NCBI GenBank assembly: GCA_043228905.1
Contig: JBHGNT010000012.1
Location: 19,716,001-19,780,000, forward strand
Source of the DNA: Azolla caroliniana
Taxonomy: Eukaryota; Plantae; Polypodiophyta
DNA: 64,000 nucleotides
Reading direction: 5' to 3'
Positions 49,604 through 62,470 of this stretch are shown piece after piece (the stretch's first letter is position 1; the number at the start of each line of letters is the position of its first letter). The notes beneath the pieces were generated by a model that was not told the DNA's origin, made no database searches, and saw only the letters and a list, made by a program, of their open reading frames with translations. Position numbers and translations under genes: made by a program.

Positions 49604-50332
49604 TAGGGATTGGCAATGGCTCGGCTCTGTTTAGGCTTGAGCCTACCTAAACGGGTTGAGCTCGGCTCGGCTTTGCTTGAGCCTTGCCAAACCAACTCAA
49701 ACCGTTTAAACCATTTATGTGATTTAAGAATTAGGGTTTAGAAAGTTAGAAATTAGACACTTAGAAGTTGGAAGTTGAAAGTTGATAGAGAGACTGACAG
49801 GAAGCCATAGGCAACATACTGTTGAGTGATGAGAGAGGGAGGGAGAGAGAGGGAGAGAGAGAGCTTGCATAGTGGACGATCAGGGGACCTCCTTGCTATT
49901 CAATGTTATATACATTCTTTTGAGAAGGATTGGATCACCGAGAGTGATAGGTCGCCATAGCCTCGGGCCTCGTGGTTTGGGTGGTGGGAGGTAGGGGATT
50001 CATGGATGTCAGCTGACCAATCATAGTAGTCTACAAAGAGGGAGTCGTGGAGGTGGGACTTGGAGTTTAGTTTGACTCATCAGTGGTAAGGGGGGGTTGG
50101 AGTTATGAGGAGAAGAAGAGTAGGATGAAGTGGTAGTGGTAGTGGTGTTTTTTGGGTACCTTCACCTTTTTTGTCCCAAACTGGCTCCCAAACCGCTTCA
50201 CAAACCGGTTTAGGGACCAGTTTGGTTTGGTTTGGTTCAGGTTTGAGAACCCCAAAACAGTTTAAGCTTAACCAGTTTGGCTTGGATAAGGCCAAACCGG
50301 TTAAGCCTAAACCGAATCGTTGTCGATTCCTA
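49604..50332. mobile_element. Second copy of the hAT-like MITE (729 bp), inverted relative to the first
   Basis: TAGGGATTGGCAATGG...GTTGTCGATTCCTA; reverse-complement match to 42912-43355 plus 48927-49236; absent from copy 1 (site near 5065). Confidence 0.8.
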
Positions 50333-50652
50333 GAAGGACGGTAAGTCAAAGGAAGAATAATTAATGCTAAAACTCTTCAATGGTAATGTTCACACCACGT
50401 GCTTTTCACCCAAATTTTTTTCTTCATATAGTATTAGAAAATGAAAATGTGAGAAACAATATACTAAAACAATGTGAGGAATGGCATACATGTTGAACAC
50501 ACCATTCACAATGGGGACTATAAAAAGGGTCATTAGCGAAGAAGAAGAAACATCGGAGTCCATGCCAGCCACACGAGTTCGAATTCAACTAAGTACCCTA
50601 ATTAGCTCTCTAAGATCTCAAAAAACCTTTAGAGGACCATCTAAGTTTTTAA

Positions 50653-50957
50653 ATGGCTAACACTTGGGACAACTCTACCTCAACCAATGAGGACATCTCT
50701 CTAGATAGTGGTAAGCAAGGGTTTTCAAAGTCCTTGCTTGGTACACAACCCATCTCTCCTGAGGACAACAAATCCCACCACCTTATCTATCACTACACGA
50801 CCCCCCCGTCCGATCCTAATGACCCGTTGTCACCTCCGGACCTCACCCAAGGCATACCATGCAAGAGTGTGCTCGACTTCTTCTACCCACACACACTCAC
50901 AACCGATGGTGAGGAGAAACCCAAGGAGAGCGTGGACAAGCTCAAAATGAGGAGTGA
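50653..50957 (+). pseudogene. Tyrosinase copy 2, first ~101 codons, disrupted by a gypsy insertion
   Basis: MANTWDNSTSTNEDISLDSGKQGFSKSLLGTQ...KLKMRS matches the gene at 5421; similarity ends at the LTR TG at 50958. Confidence 0.93.
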
Positions 50958-51189
50958 TGTTAGGAACAGTACTAAGACAGAGAAGGATTTAGTACTAAAA
51001 GAAGTATTAGTACTAAGAGAGGTGAAGAACTCTCGAGAGAAGGAAAGAGTGAGTGAGGGAGAGAGAGAGAGATCGAGAGAGAGAGATGATAAGAAAAGAT
51101 ATATATTATGTGAAGAGAATGTACAGTAGCTTAGGAGGCTTAAGACTGGCGTTGAACCGATTTGGTTCGAAATAATGCCTCGTGCCTCC

Positions 51190-51234
51190 TTTTATAGTGT
51201 TCCAAGGAATACTCTTGAAGTTTCTAGAATGTTC
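51190..51234 (-). promoter_or_regulatory. LTR TATA box with an upstream heat-shock element
   Basis: Minus-strand TATAAAA at 51190-51196; TTCtaGAAtgTTC at 51222-51234 with further GAA/TTC units nearby. Confidence 0.55.
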
Positions 51235-51414
51235 CAGAGAAATCTGGAATATACATCAATTTTCTAAAATAAAACATAAATGAAAATAATATTCTATGTA
51301 AAATAAAACATAAATGAAAATATTCTATATATTACAATGTATAGTCTGATGGTCAAGAGCTCGACCTATGTAGCATAAGGTCATGGGTTCGAGTCTTGCC
51401 ATATCATGACACTA

Positions 51415-53768
51415 TCCCCCCTTTAAAACGACGAGTGTAACGAGTCGTTTTGGATTGAGGACCCGGTTTGTCTGGATATTGATGATGGAAGTCTTCAAGA
51501 AGTGCACGAGCATTGGTGACATTCTCTATCGGCTCCCAAGTACGCTCACTAGGACTATATCCTAGCCAATCGACTAGATAGTATAGCTTGTTGCGAACAA
51601 TCTTGGAATCAAGGATGGCGGCAACTTCGTACTCAGGTCCATCTTCAAGCTCGATCGGGGGTGGAGGCTATGTAATACGTCCTGGGATGGTGCTCTCTTG
51701 ATAGGGTTCAAGGAGAGAACTATGAAACACCGGATGTATCCGAAGTTGTGGAGGTAGATCGAGACGAAAAGCGACATCATTAATCTTTCCTGTGATACGG
51801 AAAGGACCTAAGCGCCGATAATCCAACTTCTCGCATGGGCGAGTAGTCTTGATGTGTCGTCGGAGTAGCCATACCCGATCTCCAATGTTAAAACTCGATG
51901 GGAGTCGATGACGATCTGCATAAACCTTGTGTGTTTGCTGAGCTTGTTGGAGATGAGTAGCTAAATCCGCTTGTATCTTATGTAACCGTTCCAAACGATC
52001 CTCCGCGCAAGGATTTGTGGACACCTTTGGGATTTCAAGTACACACCACCGGGGGTGACATCCGGTATAAGCATAAAATGACGTAACTTTAGTCGATGCG
52101 TGGATAGAGTTATTATAGGCGAATTCGGCGAAGTGGAGAATATCTGCCCAGTCATCCTGATGATAGCTGAGGAAGCACCGCAGGTACTGCTCCAACGTTT
52201 GATTTGTTCGTTCGGCTTGGCCGTCGGTTTGTGGGTGGTAGCCGGAGGAGAGGTTACAAGTGACCTTGAGCATTTTAAAAAGGTGCTTCCAGAATTTTGA
52301 CACGAACTGGGGTCCACGGTCGCTGACGATACTATCGGGAAGTCCATGATGCCGACATACTTCACGCATGACAATTTCGGCGGTGTCTTCACTAGAGATT
52401 TCCTTAGTACATGGCAAAAAATGAGCCATCTTCGTATATCGATCTACCACTGTTAGAATCTCATTGAATCCCTTAGAGACTGGAAGATCTGTGATGAAGT
52501 CTAGAGCAATGGATTGCCACGGCTTGCTTGGAATTGGTAATGGTTCTAATAAACCATATGGATGATGCCTTGGCATTTTTGCTCTGCAGCATGTGTCACA
52601 AGTCCAAACAAAGTCTTCGACAAATTGTCGCATACGGGGCCACCAGAATGATCGTTGTACTAAATCTAATGTTTTAGTACTACCAAAATGCCCAGCTGTA
52701 TATGTGTCATGACAGTTTTGTACTACTTGAAGGCGGGAAGAACCATTAGGAACATACAAAAGTTCTTTAAAGAAGAGTAATTCATCATGGTATTTGAATT
52801 GCCGATAGTCCGTACCTGGTGGTTGCGACTGTGAACACGACGCTCGAGAGGGATCAATTTGTGCTAGTATAGCTTGAGCGAAAGCATCTGTCTTCAGGTC
52901 CGCACGTATGATATCGATAACGTGGGAATCCATGGGCATGCCAAAGACATGTGTTGCTTGCAGTCGTGCCGGTCCCAAGATTACTTGCTTTTGGTTATCA
53001 AAAGCTGGCTCGCCGGGACGCGGTGCTAGGTACGAACGCCGTGATAATGCATCTGCTTTCCCTTGATGTTTCCCAGGTCGATATGTAATCTTGAAGTCGA
53101 AACGCATGAGAAAATGGGCCCACCGAGCTTGACGTCGATTTAACACACGAGCGTCTTGAAAATAGGCAAGGTTTTTGTGGTCACTGAATACAGTGACTTG
53201 ATGAGAAGATCCCTCTAGAAAATGCCTCCATTGCATAAAAGAGTCCACTATAGCCAATAACTCTTTATCATGAATTTCGTAGTTGATTTTGGCGGCGTCA
53301 AACTTGCGTGAGTGAAAAGCCACAGGATGTAGCTTTTCATCATTACCTCGTTGTGATAGAATGCTTCCTAATGCAAAATCCGATGCGTCCGCTTCGATGA
53401 TGAATGGTTTTTCTAGATCAACGTGAGCTAGAATCGGAGCCGATGTAAATGCCTGTTTAAGATTCTCAAAAGCCATGTCCGCTTCTTCAGACCAAACGAA
53501 TGATTGTCCCTTCCTAGTAAGTTGTGTAAGAGGCAAAACGAGCTTTGAGTAATCCTTTATAAACTTCCGGTAAAAATTGGCAAAGCCTAGAAAGCATTGC
53601 ACATCCCGCACCGAACGCGGAGTCTGCCATTCTACCACCGTTTCGACCTTAGCTGGGTCCATGGAGATGCCTTCTGAGGAAATGACATAGCCGAGAAATT
53701 CCACTTGGTTGCACCCGAAACTACATTTTTCTTGTTTTGCATAGAGACCATGTTCTCGAAGTCGTTTT
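51415..53768 (-). pseudogene. Chromovirus pol, 3' part (RT end, RNase H, integrase, chromodomain)
   Basis: EADASDFALG, NYEIHDKELLA, IALDFITDLP, YHPQTDGQAE, LGPFRI; after a premature stop at 51668: EYEVAAILDSKIVRNKLYYLVDWLGYSPSERTWEP chromodomain. Confidence 0.93.
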
Positions 53769-54407
53769 TGTTGGGATTACGGTCCCTTCGGATGGGATGG
53801 TCGGATATCGGAGATGAATGCCGACCAGCCCGGTTTCGGTTTCGGAACCGGATGATGAAGACCCCGACCTCGGAGCCGGATGACGAATGTACCCGGAGAG
53901 AGATCCGGATGCAGGGACATATCCGTGAATATGTCTGCTAAGGGCCCCTGAGGCTATAGTTGTAAATAGCCCCAAAGTCATATATGTATAAATATGACTT
54001 AGGGCAAACAGTTTTGTTGTTGCTATTCATTTTTCTGTTTTTCCACTCTAGAGGAGTGAAGAGAGAGCAGCCGTGAGAGAGAGAGAGAGATAGAGCGCGA
54101 GAGAGGAAGAGGACGACGCCTCTGTGTATTTCCGCCGCCTGTGGCGAGGACAACGAGCTCAAGGTCGTCGCCTTGCAGCTCGCCATTGTATACTTCTCTT
54201 TGTATAGTGTTGGTTTGGAGTCTTGTACTCCCGTGGTTTTTCCCGTACAGGGTTTTCCACGATAAATCGTGTGTCCTCTCTATTTTTCGCATTTCCCATT
54301 TTCTGCAACAACGATTCGTGTGTTTCCTTGGTTGTGGCCGAGAGGTGAAGTTTGGAAAGTTTCGTTTATTTCCATCAATTTGGTATCAGAGCGAACTGCT
54401 GCAGAAA

Positions 54408-54977
54408 ATGGAAGGCGGCGGCAGCGGGCAGCCGGGGATGATGGTGCTGAATGCGCAGAATTACGCCGACTGGAAGATCAAGATGGAGGATCTTCTGATT
54501 GTTCGGGACCTGTACGAACCGATTGACAGGTCGGAAATACCGAAAGGGGTACTTGAGTCGGAGTGGAAGCTCCTGAACCGGAAAGCCGTAGCGACGATCC
54601 GACAATATGTCGATGTAAGCGTCCTACAACATGTGGCGAACGACACCAACGCATATGAGATGTGGAAGAAGCTGTCGGGCCTCTACGAGAGGAAGAATGC
54701 GTTGAACTGGACCTCCCTGATGAGGAAGATAGTGAACCTCAAGTATCGGGACGGCGAGAGTATGGTGGAACACGTAAGCACGTTCATGGGATTCGTGAAC
54801 CAGCTTGCGGCGATCAAGTTCCCGTTGGAGGATGCAATGCAAGCCATCATCCTGATGTGTACATTGCCGGAAAGCTGGGAGAACTTGGTGGTGACTCTCA
54901 GCACCTCCTGCACCGAAGATAACTTGTCCTTACAAACGGTAAAGACAAGTATTTTGAACGAAGAAGCGCATCGGAGA
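54408..54977 (+). pseudogene. Truncated Copia gag (internal region 1)
   Basis: MEGGGSGQPG...ILNEEAHRR then abrupt junction with LTR2. Confidence 0.92.
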
Positions 54978-55618
54978 TGTTGGGATTACGGTCCCTTCGG
55001 ATGGGATGGTCGGATGTCGGAGGTGAATGCCGACAAGCCCGGTTTCGGTTTCGGAACCGGATGATGAAGACCCCGACTTCGGAGCCGGATGACGAATGTA
55101 CCCGGATCGAGATCCGGATGCAGGGACATATCCGTGAATATGTCTGCTAAGGGCCCCTGAGGCTATAGTTGTAAATAGCCCCAAAGTCATATATGTATAA
55201 ATATGACTTAGGGCAAATAGTTTTGGTGTTGCTATTCATTTTTCTGTTTTTCCACTCTAGAGGAGTGAAGAGAGAGCAGCCGTGAGAGAGAGAGAGAGAG
55301 ATAGAGCGCGAGAGAGGAAGAGGACGACGCCTCTGTGTATTTCCGCCGCCTGTGGCGAGAACAGCGAGCTCAAGGTCGTCGCCTTGCAGCTCGCCATTGT
55401 ATACTTCTCTTTGTATAGTGTTGGTTTGGAGTCTTGTACTCCCGTGGTTTTTCCCGTACAGGGTTTTCCACGATAAATCGTGTGTCCTCTCTATTTTTCG
55501 CATTTCCCATTTTCTGCAACAACGATTCGTGTGTTTCCTTGGTTGTGGCCGAGAGGTGAAGTTTGGAAAGTTTCGTTTATTTCCATCAATTTGGTATCAG
55601 AGCGAACTGCTGCAGAAA

Positions 55619-58600
55619 ATGGAAGGCGGCGGCAGCGGGCAGCCGGGGATGATGGTGCTGAATGCGCAGAATTACGCCGACTGGAAGATCAAGATGGAGG
55701 ATCTTCTGATTGTTCGGGACCTGTACGAACCGATTGACAGGTCGGAAATACCGAAAGGGGTACTTGAGTCGGAGTGGAAGCTCCTGAACCGGAAAGCCGT
55801 AGCGACGATCCGACAATATGTCGATGTAAGCGTCCTACAACATGTGGCGAACGACACCAACGCATATGAGATGTGGAAGAAGCTGTCGGGCCTCTACGAG
55901 AGGAAGAATGCGTTGAACCGGACCTCCCTGATGAGGAAGATAGTGAACCTCAAGTATCGGGACGGCGAGAGTATGGTGGAACACGTAAGCACGTTCATGG
56001 GATTCGTGAACCAGCTTGCGGCGATCAAGTTCCCGTTGGAGGATGCAATGCAAGCCATCATCCTGATGTGTACATTGCCGGAAAGCTGGGAGAACTTGGT
56101 GGTGACTCTCAGCACCTCCTGCACCGAAGATAACTTGTCCTTACAAACGGTAAAGACAAGTATTTTGAACGAAGAAGCGCGTCGGAGAGACAAAGAACCG
56201 GCCTCCGACTCGAAGGCGCTGCTTACCGAATCGGATCGGGGAAGACAATGGAACCGGAGTCCGCAAAGACGGGACAAGTCGGGGACCCGGTCGCAGTCAA
56301 GAGGAAGGCCCACATGCTTCCACTGTGGGAAGCCGGGGCACTTCCGAAAGAATTGTCGGCATTACCGAAAATACAACGGAGCCGACGACACCGATTCGAA
56401 GAAGTCACCGGAGAGAAATGGTGCATACCGGGGAGCCACGGACCGGAGAGGTTCGGATCGGCGAGGGCAGGACCGGAAAGGAACGACGGCACTCGCGGCA
56501 AGTGAGGAAGAAATCATGCTCATCACCGAAGAAGGTGAACTAAACATTGCCGGCGATGAGACGACCTGGGTGGTCGATTCCGGAGCATCGTTCCACCTGA
56601 CCCCGGAGAGAAGATACTTCTCATCCTACACAGTCGGTGAGCATGGCTGTGTTCGGATGGGAAATGAAGGTACGTGCCGGATTGCCGGCATAGGAGACGT
56701 GTGGTTGACAACCCCGACCGGATGCAAAATGCTGCTGAAGGATGTCCGACACGTTCCGGAGGTTCGATTGAACCTGATCTCGGCCGGGAGGCTAGATGAT
56801 GAAGGCTACACGGGTAGCATCCGGAACGGTGTCATGAAGTTCAGCAAGGGGAGCCTGATAGTGGCTCGGGCCCGGAAGGTCAACACACTGTACCTGATGA
56901 ATGCCCGGTTATGTCCGGAAGAGCTGAATGTGGCAGCCGACACTGCCGGTGAGCTGTGGCACAAAAGACTGTGTCACATGAGTGAGAAGGGGATGAAGAG
57001 GCTTGCAGAAGACAACCTCATTCCAGTGAACATTGTGCACCTGGAGAAGTGCACCGATTGCCTGGCCGGTAAGCAGAACCGAACCTCCTTCCACTCAAGG
57101 CCACCGACGAGACGTAGTGCACCATTGGAGCTGGTGCACACTGATGTGTGTCAAGTAGAAACGAAGTCACATGGCGGAGCCCAGTACTTCGTGACATTCA
57201 TTGATGACCACAGCCGGAAGCTGTGGACGGCACCGTTGAAGACAAAGGACCAAGTGTTGTGCGTCTTCAAAGAACTTCACGCGAGAGTGGAAAGGGAATC
57301 CGGCAAGAAGCTGAAAGCGATACGAGCGGATAACGGAGGGGAATACCGGGGGAGTTCGCGGAGTACTATCGCTCGAAGGGAATCCGACTCGAGTTTACTG
57401 TGCCGAAGACGCCGGAACTGAACGGGCTGGCCGAGAGGATGAACCGGACCATAATGGAGAGGGTCCGGAGTATGCTGGCGCATGCGAAATTACCCAAGGG
57501 GTTTTGGGCTGAGGCAATGTCGACGGCGACATACGTGGTAAACAGATCACCCTCAGTACCTTTGGACGGAGACACGCCGCAGAGAGTGTGGACCGGTAGG
57601 GAAGTATCCTACCGGCATCTGAAGGTGTTCGGGTGTCTCGCATACGTGCATGTGGCAAAGGACCGGAGAGGAAAGCTAGATCCAAAGACCCAGCCATGCA
57701 TATTCCTCGGTTACGGCGACGATGAGTTCGGCTACCGAGTATGGGACCCGGTCGACAAGAAGATATTCAGGAGTCGAGACATCATCTTCATGGAGGACAA
57801 GACACTCGCCGACTGGGAGTCGGAGAAGAAGATGAAGAGCTCCAAGTCGACCGGTGAGGATCAACTCTACGAGGAGCAGTCCCGACCGGCAAGGGACCGG
57901 TTAGCACTCGAGGATCCGGCCAAAGACGGTGAAGAAACAGAACCGGCCGAAGAAGATGAAAACGATACCGGAACCGGCCCCGATCCCGAAATGGATTCGG
58001 ATGAAGAAGAAGAATCGGAAGAACCGGTTACCGAAGCTCCCGAACGGAGATACCCTCTAAGAGAGAGAAGGGCCCCCCGGAGATTTCCGGAACCAGAGCA
58101 CGTGCTGCTAACCGACGAGGGGGAGCCGGAGAGCTTTGAAGAAGCAAAGCATGACACCCAGAGCCGCAGGTGGTTGAGTGCCATGCAGGACGAGATGGAT
58201 GCCGTGCATGAGAACCACACATATAAACTTGTGGAGTTGCCGAAAGGAAAGCGGGCACTTCGAAACAAGTGGGTGTTCAAGCTGAAGCCGGGAGATGCCG
58301 GAAACCCCCCGAGATACAAAGTCAGGATCGTGGTGAAGGGGTTTCAGCAGAAGAAGGGCGTCGACTTCGACGAGATATTTGCCCCGGTAGTGAAGATGAC
58401 CTCCATCCGGACAGTGCTGAGCATAGCGGCAAGCATGGACCTCGAGGTAGAACAGATGGACGTGAAGACGGCATTCCTTCACGTTGACCTCGAAGAAGAG
58501 ATCTACATGCAGCAACCGGAAGGATTCGAGAAGAAAGGGAAGGAGCACCTGGTATGCCGGTTGAAGAAGAGCCTTTACGGACTGAAGCAGGCTCCCCGGC

Positions 58601-59694
58601 AATGGTACCGAAAGTTCGACTCCTTCATGACCGACGAAGGGTACCTCAAAACGCAGTCCGACCACTGCGTGTTTGTGAAGAAGTTCGAAGGAGGAGACTT
58701 TCTAATACTCCTCCTGTACGTGGACGACATGTTGATCGTCGGACGGGACCAGGTCAAGATACGGATGCTGAAGAAGGCTCTTCACCGAACCTTCTCAATG
58801 AAGGACCTGGGTTTGGCGAGACAAATACTAGGGATGCACATCATCCGGGACCGGAAGAAGAAGCAGTTGTGGCTGTCACAGGAGAAGTACGTGACGAAGG
58901 TGCTTCACCGGTTCAACATGTCGGAAGCAAGACCGGTCCGGTCGACCCTCCCGGCAAACTGCAAGCTGTCCAACAAGCAAAGTCCCAAGACAAAGGCTGA
59001 AAAGGAGGATATGATGAAAGTGCCATATGCCTCAGCCGTCGGGAGCTTGATGTACGCCATGGTGTGTACGAGACCGGACATCGGATATGCAGTCGGAGTG
59101 GTGAGCCGGTACATGAGCAATCCCGGCAAAGAGCATTGGAACGCGGCCAAGTGGATACTCCGATACCTGAAGGGCACGGCAAACGTGTGCCTCCGATTCG
59201 GCTCCGGTAAGCCCGAACTCGACGGCTTCACCGATTCGGATATGTCGGCTGATGTAGATACCAGCCGGTCCACATCAGGGTATGTGATGACGTATGTAGG
59301 GGGAGCTGTTTCATGGCAGTCGAGGCTGCAGAAGACGGTTGCGTTGTCAACCACGGAGGCGGAGTACATGGCGGCTGTTGAAGCCGGCAAGGAAATAATA
59401 TGGATGAAGGACTTCATTAGAGAGCTCGGTATCCGACAGGAGGAGTACCGACTCTACTGCGACAGTCAGAGTGCAATCCACCTTGCGAAGAACGCGGCCT
59501 ATAACTCCCGGACGAAGCACATCCAGCGAAGATATCACTGGATCCGGGAAAGGATAGAAGACAAGGAGTTCGTGCTGACGAAGATCCACACGGACGAGAA
59601 CGGGTCGGATATGCTGACCAAGGTGCTCACACCCGACAAGCTGGAAGCATGCCGGAAGAGGATCGGATTGGAGAGACATCCCATGCCGAAGTGA
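55619..59694 (+). pseudogene. Full-length Copia gag-pol with a 1-bp frameshift near 57352 (internal region 2)
   Basis: taccgggggagttc here versus taccgggggcagttc in the sister copies; otherwise open gag-PR-INT-RT-RH. Confidence 0.93.
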
Positions 59695-60345
59695 AGGGGG
59701 AGTTTGTTGGGATTACGGTCCCTTCGGATGGGATGGTCGGATGTCGGAGGTGAATGCCGACAAGCCCGGTTTCGGTTTCGGAACCGGATGATGAAGACCC
59801 CGACTTCGGAGCCGGATGACGAATGTACCCGGATCGAGATCCGGATGCAGGGACATATCCGTGAATATGTCTGCTAAGGGCCCCTGAGGCTATAGTTGTA
59901 AATAGCCCCAAAGTCATATATGTATAAATATGACTTAGGGCAAATAGTTTTGGTGTTGCTATTCATTTTTCTGTTTTTCCACTCTAGAGGAGTGAAGAGA
60001 GAGCAGCCGTGAGAGAGAGAGAGAGAGATAGAGCGCGAGAGAGGAAGAGGACGACGCCTCTGTGTATTTCCGCCGCCTGTGGCGAGAACAGCGAGCTCAA
60101 GGTCGTCGCCTTGCAGCTCGCCATTGTATACTTCTCTTTGTATAGTGTTGGTTTGGAGTCTTGTACTCCCGTGGTTTTTCCCGTACAGGGTTTTCCACGA
60201 TAAATCGTGTGTCCTCTCTATTTTTCGCATTTCCCATTTTCTGCAACAACGATTCGTGTGTTTCCTTGGTTGTGGCCGAGAGGTGAAGTTTGGAAAGTTT
60301 CGTTTATTTCCATCAATTTGGTATCAGAGCGAACTGCTGCAGAAA

Positions 60346-62470
60346 ATGGAAGGCGGCGGCAGCGGGCAGCCGGGGATGATGGTGCTGAATGCGCAGAATT
60401 ACGCCGACTGGAAGATCAAGATGGAGGATCTTCTGATTGTTCGGGACCTGTACGAACCGATTGACAGGTCGGAAATACCGAAAGGGGTACTTGAGTCGGA
60501 GTGGAAGCTCCTGAACCGGAAAGCCGTAGCGACGATCCGACAATATGTCGATGTAAGCGTCCTACAACATGTGGCGAACGACACCAACGCATATGAGATG
60601 TGGAAGAAGCTGTCGGGCCTCTACGAGAGGAAGAATGCGTTGAACCGGACCTCCCTGATGAGGAAGATAGTGAACCTCAAGTATCGGGACGGCGAGAGTA
60701 TGGTGGAACACGTAAGCACGTTCATGGGATTCGTGAACCAGCTTGCGGCGATCAAGTTCCCGTTGGAGGATGCAATGCAAGCCATCATCCTGATGTGTAC
60801 ATTGCCGGAAAGCTGGGAGAACTTGGTGGTGACTCTCAGCACCTCCTGCACCGAAGATAACTTGTCCTTACAAACGGTAAAGGAGGGGAATACCGGGGGC
60901 AGTTCGCGGAGTACTGTCGCTCGAAGGGAATCCGACTCGAGTTTACTGTGCCGAAGACGCCGGAACTGAACGGGCTGGCCGAGAGGATGAACCGGACCAT
61001 AATGGAGAGGGTCCGGAGTATGCTGGTGCATGCGAAATTACCCAAGGGGTTTTGGGCTGAGGCAATGTCGACGGCGACATACGTGATAAACAGATCACCC
61101 TCAGTACCTTTGGACGGAGACACGCCGCAGAGAGTGTGGACCGGTAGGGAAGTATCCTACCGGCATCTGAAGGTGTTCGGGTGTCTCGCATACGTGCATG
61201 TGGCAAAGGACCGGAGAGGAAAGCTAGATCCAAAGACCCGGCCATGCATATTCCTCGGTTACGGCGACCGGAAGAGATCTACATGCAGCAACCGGAAGGA
61301 TTCGAGAAGAAAGGGAAGGAGCACCTGGTATGCCGGTTGAAGAAGAGCCTTTACGGACTGAAGCAGGCTCCCCGGCAATGGTACCCGAAGTTCGACTCCT
61401 TCATGACCGACGAAGGGTACCTCAAAACGCAGTCCGACCACTGCGTGTTTGTGAAGAAGTTCGAAGGAGGAGACTTTCTAATACTCCTCCTGTACGTAGA
61501 CGACATGTTGATCGTCGGACGGGACCAGGTCAAGATCCGGATGCTGAAGAAGGCTCTTCACCGAACCTTCTCAATGAAGGACCTGGGTCCGGCGAGACAA
61601 ATACTAGGGATGCACATCATCCGGGACCGGAGCAAGAAGCAGTTGTGGCTGTCACAGGAGAAGTACGTGACAAAGGTGCTTCACCGGTTCAACATGTCGG
61701 AAGCAAGACCGGTCGGGTCAACACTCCCGGCAAACTGCAAGCTGTCCAGCAAGCAAAGCCCCAAGACAAAGGCTGAGAAGGAGGACATGATGAAAGTACC
61801 ATAGGCCTCTGCCGTCGGGAGCTTGATGTACACGATGGTGTGTACCCGACCGGACATAGGATATGCAGTCGGAGTGGTGAGCCGGTACATGAGCAATCCC
61901 GGCAAAGAGCATTGGAACGCGGTCAAGTGGATACTCCGATACCTGAAGGGCACGGCAAACGTGTGCCTCCGATTCGGCTCGGGTAAGCCCGAACTCGACG
62001 GCTTCACCGATTCGGATATGTCGGCTGATGTAGATACCAGCCGGTCCACATCAGGGTATGTGATGACGTATGTAGGGGGAGCTGTTTCATGGCAGTCGAG
62101 GCTGCAGAAGACGGTTGCGTTGTCAACCACGGAGGCGGAGTACATGGCGGCTGTTGAAGCCGGCAAGGAAATAATATGGATGAAGGACTTCATTAGAGAG
62201 CTCGGTATCCGACAGGAGGAGTACCGACTCTACTGCGACAGTCAGAGTGCAATCCACCTTGCGAAGAACGCGGCCTATAACTCCCGGACGAAGCACATCC
62301 AGCGAAGATATCACTGGATCCGGGAAAGGATAGAAGACAAGGAGTTCGTGCTGACGAAGATCCACACGGACGAGAACGGGTCGGATATGCTGACCAAGGT
62401 GCTCACACCCGACAAGCTGGAAGCATGCCGGAAGAGGATCGGATTGGAAAGACATCCCATGCCGAAGTGA
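60346..62470 (+). pseudogene. Doubly deleted Copia gag-pol (internal region 3)
   Basis: Deletion junctions near 60882 (about 1.18 kb lost) and 61268 (about 0.77 kb lost); stop at 61802. Confidence 0.92.

Larger units (their letters stand above)
27615..50957 (+). repeat. Segmental duplication, copy 2, expanded by an array and TE insertions
   Basis: Host segments 27615-28928, 35721-36072, 41975-42911, 49237-49603 and 50333-50957 rebuild a colinear copy of 2242-5726. Confidence 0.93.

Noticed and set aside
60870-61280. Deletions in Copia internal region 3 as spliced-out introns
   Set aside because: Junctions do not follow GT-AG; the potential donor GTAAAG is retained. Imperfect microhomology fits template switching or repair better.
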